From: an uncultured Armatimonadia bacterium
GTDB lineage: Bacteria; Armatimonadota; Zipacnadia; CAVVLO01
DNA: 64,000 bases
Direction: 5' to 3'
NCBI GenBank assembly: GCA_963749155.1
Contig: CAVVLO010000002.1
Span: 1,216,001-1,280,000, forward strand
Part shown: piece after piece, positions 60,435 through 64,000 of the stretch
How positions within the stretch are numbered: position 1 is the stretch's first letter
Layout of the letters: every line of letters begins with the position of its first letter
Made by a program: the position numbers and the translations under genes
Notes under the pieces: model-generated
What the model was told of the DNA's origin: nothing
Seen by the model: only the letters and a program-made list of their open reading frames with translations
Database searches by the model: none

Positions 60435-61259
60435 CTAGCCAACGGGTATTTGGAACCACACCAGCTCATCCGGCTGACCTGGACGCATCACTCGCAGGGC
60501 AAGCTCCCAGATGCCAGCTTTGGACAGTTCACTCACAACTGCAAAAGGGCCTGGCTTTGCGGCTGTCACCGGCCACAAGCGCTTGCCAAGCTCAGGTTGG
60601 CCAGCAGGATAGAGGAAAAAGTTCAGCTTGACGCTCTGCACATCCACTCCTGACTCATCTGTCAGATGCACTTTAAGAGTTGTTTTACCAGCCACAAGGG
60701 CCTGGGGAGCAACTTGCAGTAGTACCTGGGCACCAGAGATCCTTCTGGTCTGAGCAATGCCAGTGCCAGCCATCATGCCGCCGGCCATCATCTTGCAGCC
60801 CATGCCACCGCTGGTAGAGGTCTTCGCCATCGAGTTGCAGCTGCAATCTTTACCCGCAGCCACTGCGCCGCAGTTCGCGCACTCGGACTGAGCACAGCCT
60901 GCCCCACAGGTCGGAGCTGCCATCGGCTGGCCCATCATCATGCCACCGCCCATGCCGCCGCCCATCATCTTGCAGCCCATGCCACCGCCAGCGGAGGCCT
61001 TCGCCATCGAGTTACAGCTGCAATCTTTACCCGCAGCCACTGCGCCGCAGTTCGCGCACTCGGACTGAGCACAGCCTGCCCCACAGGTCGGAGCTGCTGC
61101 ATCAGGAAGAGACATGGGCAGCTCTACACTCGGATAAGTCGCAACGGGGGTTGTGGGAGCGGTCGAAGGGGAATAGGGACACTGGGCCAGAGCCAGCCCT
61201 GTCATCAGCATCAACCAGATGCCGGTTGAAAGTACAAGTCTCAAGTGATACCACCTCAT
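60435..61259 (-). CDS. Exported Cys/Met-rich protein with C-terminal YtkA/FixH-like Ig domain
   Basis: Signal peptide; two copies of CGAGCAQSECANC...DCSC...GGMGCKMM; C-terminal VHLTD.SG.DV...PG.F......AG.WEL...V.RPG. Confidence 0.65.
   Translation of the reverse strand: MRWYHLRLVLSTGIWLMLMTGLALAQCPYSPSTAPTTPVATYPSVELPMSLPDAAAPTCGAGCAQSECANCGAVAAGKDCSCNSMAKASAGGGMGCKMMGGGMGGGMMMGQPMAAPTCGAGCAQSECANCGAVAAGKDCSCNSMAKTSTSGGMGCKMMAGGMMAGTGIAQTRRISGAQVLLQVAPQALVAGKTTLKVHLTDESGVDVQSVKLNFFLYPAGQPELGKRLWPVTAAKPGPFAVVSELSKAGIWELALRVMRPGQPDELVWFQIPVG
60785..61097. repeat. Intragenic direct repeat (about 135-bp units, 177-bp period)
   Basis: About 60785..60920 is nearly identical to about 60962..61097. 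Confidence 0.9.
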
Positions 61260-61333
61260 ACCAGGCGAACCTGGAGAATGACTACCATTATAGTAGACGA
61301 ACAGGCTTACTCTCAATCCGGTTCCCGATATCA

Positions 61334-61370
61334 AAAAAGAGAGAGAACCTTTTACGAGTTCTCTCTCCTT
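61334..61370 (-). terminator. Terminator after the rhamnosidase
   Basis: AAAAAAGAGAGAGAAC-CTTTTACGA-GTTCTCTCTC. Confidence 0.7.
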
Positions 61371-61389
61371 GGTGTGTCACGTCCAGTTA

Positions 61390-64000
61390 TTACAATCCAG
61401 GAGCTTCTTCTCCATTCACTACTACTCTGACAACATCCTGCCAGTCAGCATTGGGCACTACCTTCCACTCGACGCCTTCAGGCATATCAATATCGAGGGA
61501 AAGTGTCTCGCCCTCGAGCTTCCAGGCCACTTTCAGTTCGCCCTTGGGTGACCAGGTCGAGCCTTGGGCCCAGCTTACACCAGCCACAGGATGCGGGCTG
61601 ACTTCGACCTGGCTTGCGGCGACGCCTGTTATCTGGATGCCCAGCAGCACCTGGTTGAAGACGAAAAGCGGCGCGCTGGACCAGGCATGGCAATAACTCC
61701 GCGTCGGCCAGGAACCAAGCGCCCCGCGGAAGGTCTCCCAGCAGGTGCTGGCATCGCAGTCCAGCATATCCTGCCACTTGCTTTCGATGAGTTTGATAGC
61801 TTCCGCGGACTTGCCTTCCTTCATCAAGGCTTCGAGGAAGAACTGCAACGCAAAGGGGCTGCCTACCTGGGTCATCCCTTCAGGCGCTTCCAGCACGTTG
61901 GCAAGGGCCACTTCGCGCTTGCCCTTCGGCAGTACGTCATACAGCAATCCCAGTACGCTCGTATGCTGAGAGGTCTTCGGGCTGACTGTTCCGTCCTCGT
62001 GGATGGAATCTGGGTAGCTCTCTTTCCCCTCATCCCATAGCGTGAGGAGTGCCTGCGACAACTCCTGGCGGAACCCAAGCAGCCACTCGGTGTCGTGCTT
62101 GCCCAGCGCCTTGCAGCACTTTAGCGCCGCATCGATGCCCCCAATAGCGAACAGCGAGTTGTGCAACACGGTCCTGTGCTGGTCGTCTATTGGCGTCCAG
62201 TCGAACATATTCCAGGCCGACATACTGAACAAACCGCGGTCCGTGCAGAACTGCCGCGTGCCTTCAAGGTTCTGGATTACCCAGGGGTACAGCTCTTCGA
62301 GGCCTGCCCTATCGCCTGTTGCGAAATAGTATTCCCAAACGCCCAGGCCCCACAGCCAGCTCCACGCGGGCAGCAGGCAGTCCCAGCCACTCGGCACCTG
62401 GCAACCGGTGATGGGATAGCGCTCAAGCGACTGCCCTGTCAGGCGCAGGCAGCGTAGCGAGATGTCTTCGGCGCCGTAGCAGACGAAGTTGAACAGCGAC
62501 TCATTGCGCGCATCGCCCACCCAGAGAGTCTGTTCATACAACGGGCAATCGGTGAAGGTGTCTTCCATGCACAGCCGCAGCGTGTAGGCACTGATATCCC
62601 AGATGCGATTGAAGGACGCATTGCTGCTGACAGGAAGCTACCGCGCAGTTCGACTGGATAGGTCGCCTGGATTATCAAGGCGCGCCTGATTCGTACTGGC
62701 CCAGTCATACTGCGTAGCGTTAAGAAGAGATACCTGCCCGCCCGACGCTTCTGCGCGACATACCGATTGAGCCCCGCCTTCGTGATATAGCGGAAGCCGT
62801 TGCGGTTGGTGTAGGTGTGCTGCAGGTTGTCGCCCTCGCGATATTCGATCAGATTCGCGTCCACGACAGTGCCTTCTGGCGCGTCCAGTTCGAACTCCAC
62901 CCAGCCGACCACCTCGCGCCCGAAGTCCAGGGCCAGTTCCACATCGCCCGCCTCCGAGGGGAAGACAGTCGTCCACTCGGAGTTATCCGAGAGCAACCCT
63001 CTGCGTTGTTCCACCAGCCCCGTGGCATCGCCAACTACCTGGCGGGAGAAGAAGGGCAGATAGCTGTCCTTGAGCACGCAGTCGGCCGGGACGAGCTTTG
63101 CGGCTTCTCCAGCCAGGGCTAGCAGTTCCACGGCAGTCCTGGCCTCGGCATAAGGCAGCATCGCCGGCATCGGGTCAGTGGCAAAGGGAAAACCAGTAGG
63201 CCAGACCCCTTGAGGCAGCTCATCGAGCGCCCCGAAAGGCCCGATAAAGAGCCAGGCACTCTCGGCGTCCTCACCAGCGGGATTCCTTAACGTAAGCCCT
63301 TCCCAGGAGTCCGGCGCGATGCCGAAGTCATAATCATGCGAGTTGGCCCGCTGCAGCAGCACCAGCAGGTTGTCCCCAGCCTCGAGTTGCAGCTTGCCCT
63401 CGGTTAACTCAATCCCCTGGCAGAAAGCCCGTCCGCCAAACATATGGGTCGAGAAGCCAACCACGCGCGGCGCATCGCTGGTGATGAGGGTCGCGAAAAC
63501 GCCTGCCATCGGCAGCCCGTTGCTGCTGCGGTCGTCTGGATAACACAAGCGCTTGAGGTCCAGCACAACAGCTTCTGCCGAGTTGTGGACAAGGGTAGCT
63601 GAAAGCCGCTCAGGATAAATCGGCTCCTTCGTCAGGAAAGCCACATCGCGCTCGTGCAAGTCCTTCCACGGTCCTGCTTCCGCCTCATAAATCACCTCGG
63701 CAGCCGGCCACTTGCTCTCATCGGGACAGTAGCAGGCGGCGCCAGGCAGCTCTTTGCGGGCGTCGTACCACTCGCCGCGTTCCATCTGGATGCTGACTCT
63801 GGCTATCCACTGCTCATGCGCAGGGCTCACCTGGGCCTTCCAGCTTGCATCAGTGCCAAAGACCAACTGCTTGCCCTGAGGCTGTCTCTACCTCGAGTTG
63901 CGCGAGCAGTCCGGCCTCCTGGGGCACCTGGTGGAAGTTGCTCTGCCCATAATAGCGCGCCATCACTGCGATGACGTTCTCGCCTGGTTTCAGCAACTCG
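61390..64000 (-). CDS. Alpha-L-rhamnosidase (GH78), 5' end outside window; frameshifts near 62630 and 63870-63900
   Basis: LDFGREVVG, RYL.L, DCP.YEQ.LW.GD, DW, TCWE, S.CHAWS, G...SP.G...V.W. Confidence 0.88.

Overview
Chromosomal segment (about 58-60% GC by eye) from an apparently anaerobic, carbohydrate-degrading diderm bacterium. The tandem YjbH-like barrels, stand-alone secretins and DUF4838/GH38/GH78 enzymes suggest Armatimonadota or a relative, which is only an inference. Main blocks, left to right: (1) secreted glycosidases (partial GH20-like, GH38) and four tandem YjbH-like outer-membrane barrel paralogs, two sharing a structured 5' leader; (2) DUF72, ugd, tRNA-Thr/Phe/Val, TolB-like and DUF4838 proteins; (3) LolA-like, ABC transporter and orphan OmpR genes; (4) an isolated phage Gp3/RDF-like gene under a near-perfect sigma-54 promoter; (5) an 18-gene, about 17 kb minus-strand run in which an 11-subunit complex I-like module (nuoABCDHIJKLMN, no nuoEFG) is followed directly by hdrCBA-flxDCBA; (6) three tandem paralogous secretins with no secretion machinery nearby; (7) a five-gene operon of an NLR-like protein (degenerate SIR2, nSTAND1, HEAT, PQQ propeller), a degenerate CPBP protease, a TPR protein and two rhomboids; (8) a PerR-type oxidative stress operon; (9) a nested-domain secreted protein, a Cys/Met-rich YtkA-like protein and a GH78 rhamnosidase. 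Many otherwise intact genes carry single-indel frameshifts, most likely sequencing or assembly errors. No CRISPR array, rRNA, integrase or transposase was seen. All calls come from reading motifs by eye; no database searches were run.
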